Assembly: GCA_951406725.2 (NCBI GenBank)
Contig: OX597817.1
Location: 70,742,001-70,806,000 of the forward strand
Source: Octopus vulgaris
Lineage: Eukaryota
DNA length: 64,000 bases
Reading direction: 5' to 3'
Part shown: in pieces, positions 1-12,370 of the stretch
How positions within the stretch are numbered: position 1 is the first letter of the stretch
How the letters are laid out: each line of letters starts with the position of its first letter
Notes under the pieces: model-generated
Told to the model about the DNA's origin: nothing
Database searches by the model: none
The model's input: the letters and a program-made list of their open reading frames with translations, nothing else
Translations under genes and position numbers: made by a program

Positions 1-531
1 TGCGGATTTTACGTGAGGATTTACGGTATTCTCTTAACTTCTTCACGAGCTGCAGGAGTGGCTTTCTTCACGTGGTATATATTTTTGTACCATGCTGTTC
101 GAAGAAATCATTGAAATTAGTCATTATTCATTTTGCCTCCCTTTAGACATCATCTTTTGAAATTTGAAAATTATCAAATTCGACTTCAATTGGGGAAAAA
201 TTGACTTGGAACACAACAGAGAAAAGAATATTGATTGTTAAGCACCAACAATTATCCAGATATTTTATTAGCAACGTCAGTTACAATCGGGTCAAATTTA
301 AGGCTAAATCTCTTGAAAAAGAAGTAACTGTCAGGTGACTATGTTTGAAACCCTCTCAACTTCAACAACAACAGCTAGACTGACGAAATTTTACTCCCAA
401 AGATGATGCAACAAGTGCTGATGCAATACTTGTAATGTAATGGTTTCAAACGGGTATGGAATAACAAGAAATCAGAAATTACACATTTTGCTTCCACCCA
501 CCCGCTAAATTTATTTATTAGTTAAAAAGAA

Positions 532-564
532 GCTTCTCGGTGTTTTGGCTAAGATCAAAGTATA
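532..564 (+). pseudogene. U2: 3'-truncated U2 snRNA copy (5' ~33 nt)
   Basis: GCTTCTCGGtgTTTTGGCTAAGATCAAAGTaTA matches the U2 5' end (ATCGCTTCTCGGCCTTTTGGCTAAGATCAAAGTGTAG) and stops at the branch-point-pairing region. Confidence 0.8.
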
Positions 565-1086
565 CCTTAAATCCTCGAGTATAGTTCGCCCTTCAGTATA
601 ATACGCAGGGGATTTTTAGGGGGCTGTACTTCTGAAAAACCTAAACCTTGTGTATAATATGCACCCCTTCTCTAACTTGAGTCGTGCATAATTAAGCCAG
701 CAGCACCTAATCGAACAAACACTTACGCACATGCGTAATACAATAATGGTGATGTTCTTAACTGTTATATGGGAATGTAAATATGTTTGCAAATTGTTTT
801 TGTTATATGTTATTCTGTGTTCTGAATACTTTTATTTTAATAAATGTTGCTTACTGCAAGTTATGGATGATTCTTTTATGACTTCATTGCTTTCAGGCTT
901 AGCTTAAGGTGTTTTCGCGCCCGACATCACAAAATGCGTCTGAATAAACATTGCCGGAGAGCAAATAGAGACTCGGACATTGCTTAAAAAATAATTTTCA
1001 TTTTTAACCCCGTATATAGAACGCACTAGGAATTATTACCTTTAAATTTTGGGAAAAAAATGCGGATTATACTCAAGGATTTAGGG
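565..1086. mobile_element. Tc1/pogo-type MITE
   Basis: TA flanks; TIRs CCTTAAATCCTCGAGTATA ... TATACTCAAGGATTTAGGG; a related right end lies at 1-28 (GAGGATTTACGGTA). Confidence 0.75.
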
Positions 1087-1430
1087 TAATTAATAATGTT
1101 AAAAAAAATATATATTCCCTATACGCACAAGTTTAAGTGTATGCAAATGATCATGTTTGTGTCATAACAAACTCGGCGTGTGGGTCCAATTTCTCCTCAT
1201 GAATATTTGTATGTTTGAGTATATTTTCTTGGATCACAATCATTATCTATCTGCCTTTCTATCTATATACCTGCCTTTTAATCTCTCTCTGGCTCTTCAC
1301 AATTTCGCGATGGCCTCTTGATGGGCGTGGATTTAATCCGTCGCCCCTCGCTCCGTTTTACACTACTTTCTAGAACGAAAGTGTTTTTAACGGAATTCAC
1401 CTTGTTTCAGTCATCCGGGCCAAGTCCCTG

Positions 1431-1474
<44 letters not shown>

Positions 1475-2018
1475 ACACACACACGTTATTTTGCAAAGGA
1501 GAGAAAATATCTTGCTGAAAATCTATTTTGCTTTCTCGTTAGTGAAATATAATTTAATGAAATGAAATGAAGCACGACACGGTGTTCTCTTTATATATAT
1601 TTATATAATAATTTTATTTTACCCCATTTCAGTAATGGAATCCATAATATTCGTACGTAGAAAATGTTATTTCGGTTTCGGTCGAATCTCTGCAGTATGA
1701 AGTAATTATAGGTCTGCGATATTTATATTACAACACACTCACACGCACTTACACCAAACACTCATAAATCAGAGGGGGAAAAATCTTAGTTTTATCTGAG
1801 CGACATATATAACCACTGAGAGTGCTCTATGACTCAATAGGTAGTCGATGCTAAACTTTATACTTTTTCGTTTTTTTTTGTTTATTTGTTTTACTTACTT
1901 GATTGTGGCCATGCTGGAGTACCGCCTTGAAGAGTTTTAGTCGAACAAATCGATCTCAGGTGTTACTTTTCACAATCGGTTACTCCTGACGAACCGCTAG
2001 ATTACGGTACGCGCGCGC

Positions 2019-2063
<45 letters not shown>

Positions 2064-2066
<3 letters not shown>

Positions 2067-2226
2067 GGCTGTGTGGTAAGAAGTTTGCTTCATAACTATA
2101 TGGTTTGAGGTTCAATGCCGCTGTGTATCACTTTGGTCAAGTGTCTTCCGCTATAGCCTCGGGCTAACCAAAATCTTGTGAGTGGATCTGATAGACGGAA
2201 ACTGAAAGAAGTACGTCGCATATGTG

Positions 2227-2300
<74 letters not shown>

Positions 2301-2345
2301 TTTGTGTCTGTATTTGTTTTCCCATCACAGCTTGACAACCGGTGT
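2064..2345 (+). mobile_element. SINE family C (tRNA-like head, internal TG microsatellite), partial
   Basis: TGTGGCTGTGTGGTAAGAAG...GACGGAAACTGAAAGAAG-(TG)n-GCTTGACAACCG; homologous to 33721-34195. Confidence 0.8.
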
Positions 2346-2698
2346 TTTTAAAAGTTGGCATTTTTTTATTGTCGGTGAAGGACTGCGTCTGCGCGGTATA
2401 TTTTGAAAGAAATTAGGATGTATTAACAAGAGGCACATAGTTGATCGCCTCGTGTGTATATATTTAATCTAAGGTGTCCCTGTTGAAAACGATTTCACCT
2501 CGCGAGTAAATGTTATTTACTTGCTAAACTAAAATCAGAAACCAATTGGTCCAGGAAATTAGATGGTAAAATGTTTTTACTTTTTCATTTCGTTCCTGTC
2601 GAATTTTATCCCTAATTTTGTGGTTTTAGAACCTAGCTGTTCTTTCTAGCGTGTTTGAATCCCATGAGTGGATTCCATAAGTGTTTTAATGTACACTG

Positions 2699-2768
<70 letters not shown>

Positions 2769-3247
2769 ACGAACTTAGACACACAAACGTGTTGTCTCTT
2801 AAAATGACAAACAAATTGTCTTTTCTTTACGAGCATGTTATATCAGGAGATTGACGGTTAATTGCTTGAGCTTATCTCTCCTCTTCATTTGGAGTTTGTT
2901 GCAATTATCACTAATTATTTGTTTACCTTCTCTCAATAATTCATGAATTAGTCTTCTATAGCATATGGCATAGCTTCGTTTTGGCGTCCAGTTCTATAAC
3001 TCTGGTACGATTGCTTAGCATGATTATCCAGAGTTGATTGGGACTTCAAATTTCGTCTCGTCGGCTTATTGAACCAGTCTTTTCGAATAATCAGTAATGC
3101 GGAACCTCAGTTCCTGTGAACTTACAATAATTAATAAATTTTATTCAACAAACTATGTAGACTCCTGTAATGAGTAAAAATGTTTTGTTGTTTCCGACAG
3201 ATTGATCAACAATACCAAATAACTCATGAACACACACATAAACATAC

Positions 3248-3340
<93 letters not shown>

Positions 3341-3845
3341 TATAGACTCCACTACAAAGGTGTGCCACGAACGAAGAGCTTTGTCGAATATAGTACATTT
3401 TCAAAGCCTCGTTTACATATTCTGAATGCTATTCAACAATAACATTGCAGATATCTACGTATTCAGTTCCTATACAAAACTGAATGCAACCGAAAGTATA
3501 TATGTATGTAGATCTTATAGAAAAATATTAAAAAAACAAAATTATCCTGACATTTAAACTTTATGACTGAGCGATAAATATCTATTGTTACTAGCTTTGT
3601 TCTTTTCTTTCTGATGTCTCCTCTCAAGCTCTCACTAAATGTCAGATAAATATTCCTAATATTTTTGTATAAGATCTATATACTTCCAGTTGCTTTCCGT
3701 AGTGTACTTACTTGATGTAACTTCGTGGAGTTCTGCATTTTTCGTATTCTATACCACTCTGAATACGTAAATAAGGATTTGAATAAATGTATCGCAAAAT
3801 CTCTCGGTCGAAACAGCCGAAATGTGGTCTCTTATATACATTCAA

Positions 3846-3897
<52 letters not shown>

Positions 3898-3967
3898 ACA
3901 CACATCAGGCGCAAACAGTCGCCCTTTCAGGTTCTCTTTACTTCTAATTTACATTCTTTCTTTCTCA

Positions 3968-4268
3968 CTGTGTCGCAAGAAGTTTGCTTCCTAACCATAT
4001 GGTTCCAGGTTCAGTCCCACTGCGTGGCACCTTGGGCAAATTTCTTTATAGCCCCGGGTTGACCAAAGCCATGTGAATGGATTTGGTAGACGGAAACCGA
4101 AAGAATCCCGTCGCATATATGTATATATATATATATACACGCGTAAGTGTGCGTGTGTCTTTTTGTGAGTTTGTCTCCCTCTATCGCTTGACAACTGGTG
4201 TTGGTTTGTTAACGTCTCCGGAATTTAACGGTTCCGCAAAAACATACGACAAAATAAGTACCAAGTTT
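3968..4268 (+). mobile_element. SINE family C copy
   Basis: TTCAGTCCCACTGCGTGGCACCTTGGGCAA...GGATTTGGTAGACGGAAAC. Confidence 0.8.
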
Positions 4269-4281
4269 ACCAAAATAATAA

Positions 4282-4500
4282 TAATAAACACAATGCCTCT
4301 TGTATCCCCCCAAAACTGAGGTCATCACCTTCCCTGCATATGAAACGACCTTGACTTGCTTTGGAGTAGGTGAGGGTGGTGGTGTTTCCACTGCATAGAT
4401 TGTCCCATTGTCTTTGGCTCATAGTGATTAAGCCAATACACATCTTGGCTTAGAAAACGTTCAAAGAAACTAGCTAGATCTACCTGAAACGATGTTAGAT
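4282..4500 (-). mobile_element. mariner transposase fragment (degenerate)
   Basis: Minus-strand translation WLNHYEPKTMGQSMQWK / PTPKQVKVVSYAGKVMTSV resembles the mariner 'HY.PE.K.QS.QW...KVM.SVFWD' region. Confidence 0.7.
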
Positions 4501-4688
4501 TTTCCCGTGATATGATCAGCCTGATGCGCTTTAAGGTGTCAGAAGACGTGGCACCTACTGAGCAGAAACAAGTTCATTGCGCAGAATATTCTCAAATCTA
4601 CAGTTCTATATTTAAGAGATGAGGAATTATGCACGTTACTTACATTATTTACATTTTACGAATATTTGTCCTCATCTTGTTTGTTGTT

Positions 4689-4735
4689 AACACAACGTTT
4701 CGGCTGATATACCCTCCAGCCTTTATCAGGTGTCT
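4689..4735 (-). ncRNA. minimal type-I hammerhead ribozyme motif (one core mutation)
   Basis: Minus: GACAC-CTGATAA-A-GGCTG-gagggtatat-CAGCC-GAAAC-GTT-GTGTT; stem I GACAC/GTGTT, stem II GGCTG/CAGCC, palindromic AACGTT. Confidence 0.75.
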
Positions 4736-4883
4736 TGGGAAATTTCGAACCTGGGTTCTCATTCCTAAGGTATTTTTCGATGTTGTTGTTGTTGTTGTTG
4801 TTGTTGTTCTTCTTCTTCTTCTTCTTCTTCTTCTTCTTCTTCTTCTTCTTCTTCTTCTTCTTCTTCTTCTTCTTCTTCTTCTT

Positions 4884-4947
<64 letters not shown>

Positions 4948-4948
<1 letters not shown>

Positions 4949-5308
4949 CTCTATATATATAAACGGCAAAATGTCTGTGTGTGTGTGTCCTTTACACAAA
5001 TCCACAATTTTTCAGTTAGAGGGCTCGCACTTTCTCTGGTCATTCAAAACCATCAAACCATCCAAGGGTGGTCGTGCACATCCTTACATTCCCCCCCCCC
5101 CACCGCAAAGCCATTAAAAAATCAATAGAAGTAACTTTTTTGTGAATTTTCTATCCAAAAGCCAATCAAAATGCCCGAAACTTGATACGCCAATTGAATG
5201 CCAGCTAGCTGTATGTGATTGGTCGGAGATTTGGACAGTACTCGGGTGTATGCGCGCACACACGCAGCTGTATATGCATGCAGTAGCACTATGACCCGGC
5301 AACGCTAG
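4948..5308 (+). mobile_element. non-autonomous Helitron-like element
   Basis: A|TC start (TCTCTATATATATAAA), CTAG|T end, subterminal ACCCGGCAACG hairpin remnant, no TSD, inserted in (ATT)n. Confidence 0.75.
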
Positions 5309-5320
5309 TTATTATTATTA

Positions 5321-5386
<66 letters not shown>

Positions 5387-5503
5387 TCACTGTCTGGAAT
5401 CAAACTCGGAATCTTGGGGTTAGCAGCCAGCGCTCTTAACCCCAAGATTCTGAGTTCGATTCCAGGCAGTGACTTGAATAATAATAATAATAATAATAAT
5501 AAC

Positions 5504-5535
<32 letters not shown>

Positions 5536-5593
5536 CAATAATAATAACATCAAAAATACCTTAGGAATGAGAACCCAGGTTCGAAATTTCCCA

Positions 5594-5640
5594 AGACACT
5601 TGATGAAAGCTGGAGAGTATATCAGCCGAAACATTGTGTT
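5594..5640 (+). ncRNA. minimal hammerhead motif, inverted sister copy (degenerate)
   Basis: GACAC-tTGATGA-A-aGCTG-gagagtatat-CAGCC-GAAAC-aTT-GTGTT. Confidence 0.7.
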
Positions 5641-5813
5641 AACAACAAACAAGATGAGGATAAATATCCATCAATTGTAAATCATGTAAATTTTCAACCC
5701 TTTTACGGGATGTGTTAATTGCATTGGCTATTTGGTTTATAGCCAATCGCCTATCATCCGTCAACATGTAGTGAACATGATCAATACTTTCCTTGATGGT
5801 GGTAGGTGTAGGA

Positions 5814-5904
5814 TTTAATATAATATAATATTTTACTATAAAATTGGATTCAATCCTAAATCTGATTTTTCCCTGTAAGTTTGGATTTATTCCCTAATAT
5901 TTAT

Positions 5905-5948
<44 letters not shown>

Positions 5949-5975
5949 ATGTATGTATGTATGTATGTATGTATG

Positions 5976-6006
<31 letters not shown>

Positions 6007-6026
6007 GTATGTATATATATATATGT

Positions 6027-6066
<40 letters not shown>

Positions 6067-6372
6067 ATAAATATTAGGGAATAAATCCAAACTTACAGGG
6101 AAAAATCAGATTTAGGATTGAATCCAATTTTATAGTAAAATATTATATTATATTAAATTAGAGACAAAACCACTATTAGGCAAATCAAACAATGAAAAAC
6201 TTAATCCAATACATAAGATTATTTAATTTATATTATTTATATATATAACAAAATTATTAATTATATTTTTTTAATAATTTTGTTATATATTTAAATATTA
6301 TAAATTAAATAATCTTATGTATTGGATTAAGTTTTTCATTGTTTGATTTGCCTATAGTGGTTTTGTCTCTAA

Positions 6373-6380
<8 letters not shown>
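5814..6380. repeat. two adjacent long inverted repeats around microsatellites
   Basis: 5814-5910 inverts 6061-6157 across a TA/TATG tract; 6150-6260 inverts 6271-6380. Confidence 0.9.
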
Positions 6381-6459
<79 letters not shown>

Positions 6460-6463
6460 CATA

Positions 6464-6705
6464 CAGGTTGTTGAAGAAGTCTCTCCGCAGTAAGTATTTT
6501 TATTGCAAAATTAATATTAATATGGTGTAAGACTACAAAAGAATATATTGGACTTTACAAGATTTAAAAAAAGAAAAAAACTTTATTAGAGCTGTTGAAA
6601 GTGTCGTCCTTCATTTTCAGTAGATAAGTTGAGTCTTCTACATGTTTTGAAATACATCATGGAGAAAAAAAAATTCACTGCGGAGAGACTTTTTGAACAC
6701 CCTCC
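6464..6705. mobile_element. Tc1/mariner MITE
   Basis: TIRs CAGGTTGTTGAAGAAGTCTCTCCGCAGT / ACTGCGGAGAGACTTTTTGAACACCCTC; TA on the left. Confidence 0.7.
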
Positions 6706-6746
6706 GTGTGTGTGTGTGTGGGTGTGTGTGTATATCTATATATATC

Positions 6747-6960
6747 CCAGCAGAGATACCCGGCGTTGCCCGGTTACATTCAATTGAAGAATTAAACTTT
6801 TCTGTTATATCTTCTGTAATGAACTGGAATATCTATGTTTCGAATTTCATCAAAATTGCAGATGAGGGCTATTTCCCTCTTTACACAACCTAAAAAATTG
6901 TAATCGTGCCACATGTATCCCATACTACTGATTTTTATGCGCATATTCCAAAATTCCAGT
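6747..6960 (-). mobile_element. Helitron-like 3' end (5' extent unclear)
   Basis: Minus: CCGGGCAACGCCGGGTATCTCTGCTGG, the same hairpin-plus-CTRR terminus as the 4948 and 48518 elements. Confidence 0.6.
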
Positions 6961-8061
6961 CTTATTGAACCTGTTAAAAAGATTTTGCTCCTGAAAAATG
7001 AAGGTCATGGAGCTCTAAAATGTGAGAGTTAAGGCCCCTGTTGGGGGTGGGCATCTTAATGTCAACCAGAGAAGTTGAATTGTTGAAGATCTTTTTAATT
7101 TGGGTCTTATATCTATTGTTTGAATTTCTTTGAAATAGGAAATATATGTTCACTGGGTTTGTAAAAGAGAGCAAAGCTACATGAAACCAAAAGACGAATG
7201 ATCACAATAAGCAGTCAGTTACCCTACCCTACTCGTTACCACTCCCAATGTAGGATTCCTCACCATCCAGGTGACAGGCACAGCCGTAAGATGCATTACG
7301 AATCTATAGCAACTGGAAGGGCGTGACCCAACTGAAATCAACATTAACAACTGTGCGACGTGAGGGCTAAGGAGAAATTAAAGTGTCACCTCTGGAGTTT
7401 GCAAATGACCACTATACTGATATGTAACTGGACAGAATAAATTTAAAATCTATAAATGTCTTTGAATAACCACTCACTCATCTGGGAAGGCCTTGAAATC
7501 AATGTTACCATCTGGGGACTATGTGTGACCGAGTGATAATAAAAAGACTGAAAGGAGGTCTGCAATCAAATAACTTTACTCAACACTTTGCAACTGAATC
7601 AGTGGAAGCAAAGATGCCTCTCATTTACTTAACAATTTATGCACCACATTGCAGAAATCACAAGTAAGTGTATGTCAAAGCAAACTGTTACACTGTTGTA
7701 CCATTGAATTAGCAATAATGCCCAACTTTTATGCTCGGGTAACCCTACAGCTTCCAAGAGCACAACTGTATTCGTTTTTGCTTAGATAAAATGACAAAAT
7801 TGTGGGTGTTAAGTCCCCATGGAGGGGTCTCTCTAACTTTGTAAGAAGATGAAATATTATAAATATTACTTCATTTGTGTTTAATATCTATGGTTAAAAT
7901 TTTATCAACAGCAAAAATATATGAATTGTCATGGGGGTTATGGCCCTTATGCATAGAATATAATTTCCAAATTTCATAAAGATCCTTTCAGTACTTTTGA
8001 CGTAGTTTTGGATCATAAAAGAAATGACTAAAATTTGGGAGTTAAGGCTCCCATTAAGGTG

Positions 8062-8110
<49 letters not shown>

Positions 8111-8427
8111 TAGATAGATATAGATATAGATATAGATATAGATACACACACACTCATACAAAGATAAATTGATAGATACAACTGAGTGGGCAAACAAAAA
8201 TATGTTACACAACCTAGTGCTTTTTATGTTGATAAGCCTAGTACTTATTCTATTAGTTTGTTCTTGTGAAACCAGTAAGTTATGTGGATGTAAATAAATG
8301 AACAGCAGTTGTGAAGCAGTGATGAGGGCGAAACACAGAGACAAAGACACACACATACACTTACATATATACATACATATATATACGATTGATTTGTTTC
8401 AGTTCCTGTCTACAAAATCCATATATA

Positions 8428-10889
8428 TTGTTGTTGGCATCACTTTTGTCTCGGGAGACAATGGAGTTGGGCATAAAATAATCTAAACATTTCATGTCCT
8501 AATACATCTTCTGCTGTGGCTGTGTAGTCCTATCTTGGACAAACACTCCCTCTGGCAGGTGCCGCAAATGTAGCGAAGACTTTGCCTGGCTGGTTGTAAT
8601 GTCATACTTTCTTGTTGACGTCTTTTCTTGTCGTTCTATTTCTCCTCTCTCTCTATGTCACTCCTTTGTGTTCCCTCTTTTACGGTACGTCGCCAATCTC
8701 CACGGTTGCTGGCAACTGCTTCCCAGTTGGTAATATTGATATTGCAGGCATTCATGTCCCTTTTGCAAACATCCTTGTATGGTAAGAACGGTCTTCCCAC
8801 GGACCTAGTGCCCCTAGCAAGCTCTCCGTTGAGTATGTCCTTGGGGATTCTGCCATCTTCCATACGGCTAACATGTCCAAGCCATCTCATACGGCTTTGT
8901 GTGAGGAGTGCAAACATGCTTGATATTCCTGCTTGCTTGAGGACATCTTTGTTGGGGACATGATTCTGCCATTTGATGTGAAGGTTTTTCCGGAGGCAGC
9001 GCATGTGAAAGATATTTAGACGACGTATGGCGTCGTATGGCATGTGTATGGCATCCAAGTCTCACTTCCATACAGTAGAGTTCTAAGTACACATGCCTGG
9101 TAAATCTTCATTTTCGTGGTCTTGGTTGGCTTATTGTCCCATGCCCGTTTGGAGAGTTGGGCCATCACAGCAGGTGCCTTGCCAATGCGTATATTGAGCT
9201 CAGCATCAAGGGATAGGTTGTAAGGTAGAGCCACGATAGGTAAACTTCTCCATCTCCTGTAGTCTGTGGTCGCCAATATGTATGTTTAGGATGTCCGATG
9301 TAGCCTGACCCATGATGTTGTTCTTCTTGAGGCGGATAACTAAGCCAAAGTTGCCACATGCTTGCTCAAAACAGTTGATGAGCCTTTGTAGGGCTTCTTC
9401 TGTGTATGATACCAGAGCGGCATCTCCTTGATCAGGACGCTTCTGATTTTAGTCTTGGCGCGCATACACGAGAGATTGAACAGTTTCCCATCACTTCTAC
9501 TGTGCAGAAACACTCCATCATCTGACTCAAAGGCATGTGACAGCAGCAGCGAGAAGATGCCAAATAATGTTGGAGCAAGGACACAACCTTGCTTTACCCG
9601 GCTGATGTTTAACCATTGTGCTGTATGATGCCTTGCATATCATCATGGAAAGCTTTGATGATCCTCAGCAGCTTTGGTGGACATCCGATTTTTTGGAGCA
9701 GGGTGAAGAGATCTTTTCTACTTACCAAGTTAAACGCCTTTGTCAGACCAATGAAGGCCATATATAATGGCATTTTCTGCTCTCTGGACTTCTCCTGAAG
9801 TTGGCGTATGGAGAATATCATGTCAATAGTTGATCTGCTTCTCCTAAAGCCACACTGCGATTTTGGATAAATTCGAGAAGCAAGTAGTTGCAGTCTGGAA
9901 AGGATAATGCGAGCAGAGGTCTTTCCAACAGTGCTTAGAAGGGATATTCCACGGTAATTGTTACAATCACCACGGTCACCTTTGTTTTTGTAAAGCGTAA
10001 TGATGTTAGCATCCTGCATATCCTGAGGGACTGTACCCTCTTCCCAGCATTGACACAGAAGCTCATGAATGTGCCGAGGCAGGATGGTGTTTTTACCGGT
10101 TTTTATGATCTCTAAGGGGATGTCGTCTTTTCCCGGAGCCTTGTTACTTGCTAGGGAGTCAATAGCCTTGGTGAGCTCTGCTATAGATGGCAGACTGTCA
10201 AGTTCACACATGACTGGCAAGATCTTGACACCCTCGATTGCAGCCTCAGCTACCCTGGTCTCTCGTGAGTAGAGATCCTGGTAGTACTCCACCCATGTAT
10301 CCATTTGCTTGCTTTGGTCCTTGATGAGATCCCTAGTAGTTGATTTCAGAGGGGTTGACTTGGTTGCGGATGGACCGAGGGCCTTTTCAAACCGGCATAC
10401 ATCCCACGGGTGTCGCCACTGTCAGCAGCTGACTGGATACTCTGACAGATTTTCTGCCAATACCTATTTGCACAGCGTCTGGCAGTCAGCTGGGTTTTAT
10501 TTCTGGCTTTTCTGAGTTCTTCGATTGACTTTGTAGAAGAATCACTCTTGTATTACATCAGAATTGCACGCTTTGCTTCGATAACTGTTTCCAGCTCTGA
10601 GAGCCCAGCACTGAACAAAATCTGGGTTTTGCCTTTCTCTCATGCCGAAATTATCTATTGATGTGGCATACAAAGCTTCCCTGATATAATACCACCTACT
10701 TTCAGCAGAGGTGGTTGGGCAGCTACTGAGGACAACCTTAGTAGAAACAGCAAAACTTTGTCGCAGTGTAGGGTCCGGTGTTCTGGCAGTGTTAATTCGT
10801 GGTCGGCCCATTTTCTTGGAGAGATGGACTTTTGTAAGCAGAATCCTCACCCTGCTTTTTATTAATGAATGATATGTGTCACAATCGGC
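8428..10889 (-). mobile_element. RTE-clade LINE, 5'-truncated and frameshifted (APE C-terminus plus RT)
   Basis: ORFs 10542-10895 (ADCDTYHSL), 9609-10304 (KGDRGDCNNYRGISLLS, QCGFRRSRSTIDMIFSIRQLQEK), 9016-9276 (LLYGSETW), 8636-9058 (RMRWLGHVSRMEDGRIPK); (CAA)n tail. Confidence 0.95.
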
Positions 10890-12370
10890 TTGCAACTCGG
10901 CACCTGGAGGGGCAAGTCGATGCCTTCGAATATCGTGGGATGCTGGACGGAGGGCCCGGTTAAGCTGCTAGGGATCTGGTTTGGTCCAGATCTCCAGATA
11001 GAAAAGAACTGGTCTGAGGTGACGAGCAAGGTGGCTCACGCGGTCAGGACTTGGTCCGGGCGGTGGCTATCCTTCAAAGTGAGGGAGGAGGTGGCCAATG
11101 TGTTTTTAGTATCGGTCATCACTTACCGCCTGACCGTCGTCCCTTGTCCGGATTCGTCTTTAAACAAGTTGGAGAGGCAGATCTTTAAATTTTTGTGGAA
11201 GGGAACCCCTCCTCTTGTAAGACGTTCTATTTGCTGTCAGAAGCCGTTAAAGGGTGGGTTAGGGATGCCTTGACTGTTGATGCGCAGACATGCGCTGAGG
11301 TTAAGGCATCTTTGGCTCTACCTGGATGGTGAACGGGTGTGGTCCCCGCTTGCGAGGCAGATGTTCCACAGCTTTGCCAGTTTTGGTGGCAGAGAAACCT
11401 GGTATCGTCGCAGACTTAGGACCAGCATGTGGTATTCGGAGTGCCATAAGGCACTCTGCCACTTCCGCAAGTCAGGCAATGCCGGCGGCTTTGGTACCAC
11501 CGCAGCTTTTTATAGCAGGTTGGTAGAGGCCGGAAATGACGATGCCTTAGGAAGGACCTTGGGCCTCGATAGGAATCAGTTAGACAGCCTGTTCCGAAGG
11601 ACATTCGGGCCGTAGACACTGGATAACTTTCAGAAGTCTTTGACCTGGCAATGTTTCAGAGGAGCTTTACCCGTTCGGGATAAACTCAAAAAGCATGGTT
11701 ACGGTGGACCATCGAACTGTCCAAGATGCGAGCGGGACGTGGAAACAGTCTCGCACGCTATTGCTCAGTGTCCGGAAATTTCGGACGTGTGGGTATATGC
11801 AGAACACCTGTTGTTGGACGGAAGAAGAGTACAGCTATCGGCTGAGACAATTATAAAAATTGAAGGTAAGCGAAGGTAAGCATTGCTTTCTCATTATAGT
11901 AGCAGTAGCGAAAGAGTGTATATGGAAGACTAGAACGAAAGGTGTAAAGACAGGCATCATGATCTCTGGCTCCGCCTTGGTGAACTTTTTTAAGTTTCAC
12001 CTAAAAAGAAAGGTGGAGCTAGAGAAAAGGTGTCTGTCAGTACGTCAGTTCGAAAAAAAGATGGAAGCGTGTCGCACGATTGCTGCGAGTGAAAGTGGCC
12101 ACATGAACACGCTATGAGTTAGCTGTCGGGTTTCAGTGGGAAAAGCAGGGCTCGTGGGGTCGGCAATCCTGGTTTTCCCACTTCATGTGTCATTTTATGT
12201 TGTGTTGTAAAATTGTATATCATCCGATTTCTTCGATTTTTTTTTTCGATTTTGTGTAAATTTTTAAAGATCATTTTTATGTAATCTCCATTCGTTTCTC
12301 TTGACCCCAAATCATGATGTATTGTCCAACTCTATGTTAGCCCCTTGTGGGCAATAAAGAAATAAGAAAT
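10886..12370 (+). mobile_element. L1/Tx1-group LINE 3' fragment
   Basis: ORFs 10869-11273 (KLLGIWFG, IFKFLWKG, KGGLGMP), 11640-11879 (GALPVRDKL, CPRC...ETVSHAIAQC zinc knuckle); AATAAA and A-rich tail. Confidence 0.9.

Larger units (their letters stand above)
4590..5692. mobile_element. Inverted head-to-head pair of a tRNA-head/(AAT)n/hammerhead element
   Basis: 4650-4783 is the reverse complement of 5548-5690; central hairpin 5380-5480; trinucleotide linkers on both arms; left arm interrupted by a Helitron. Confidence 0.8.
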
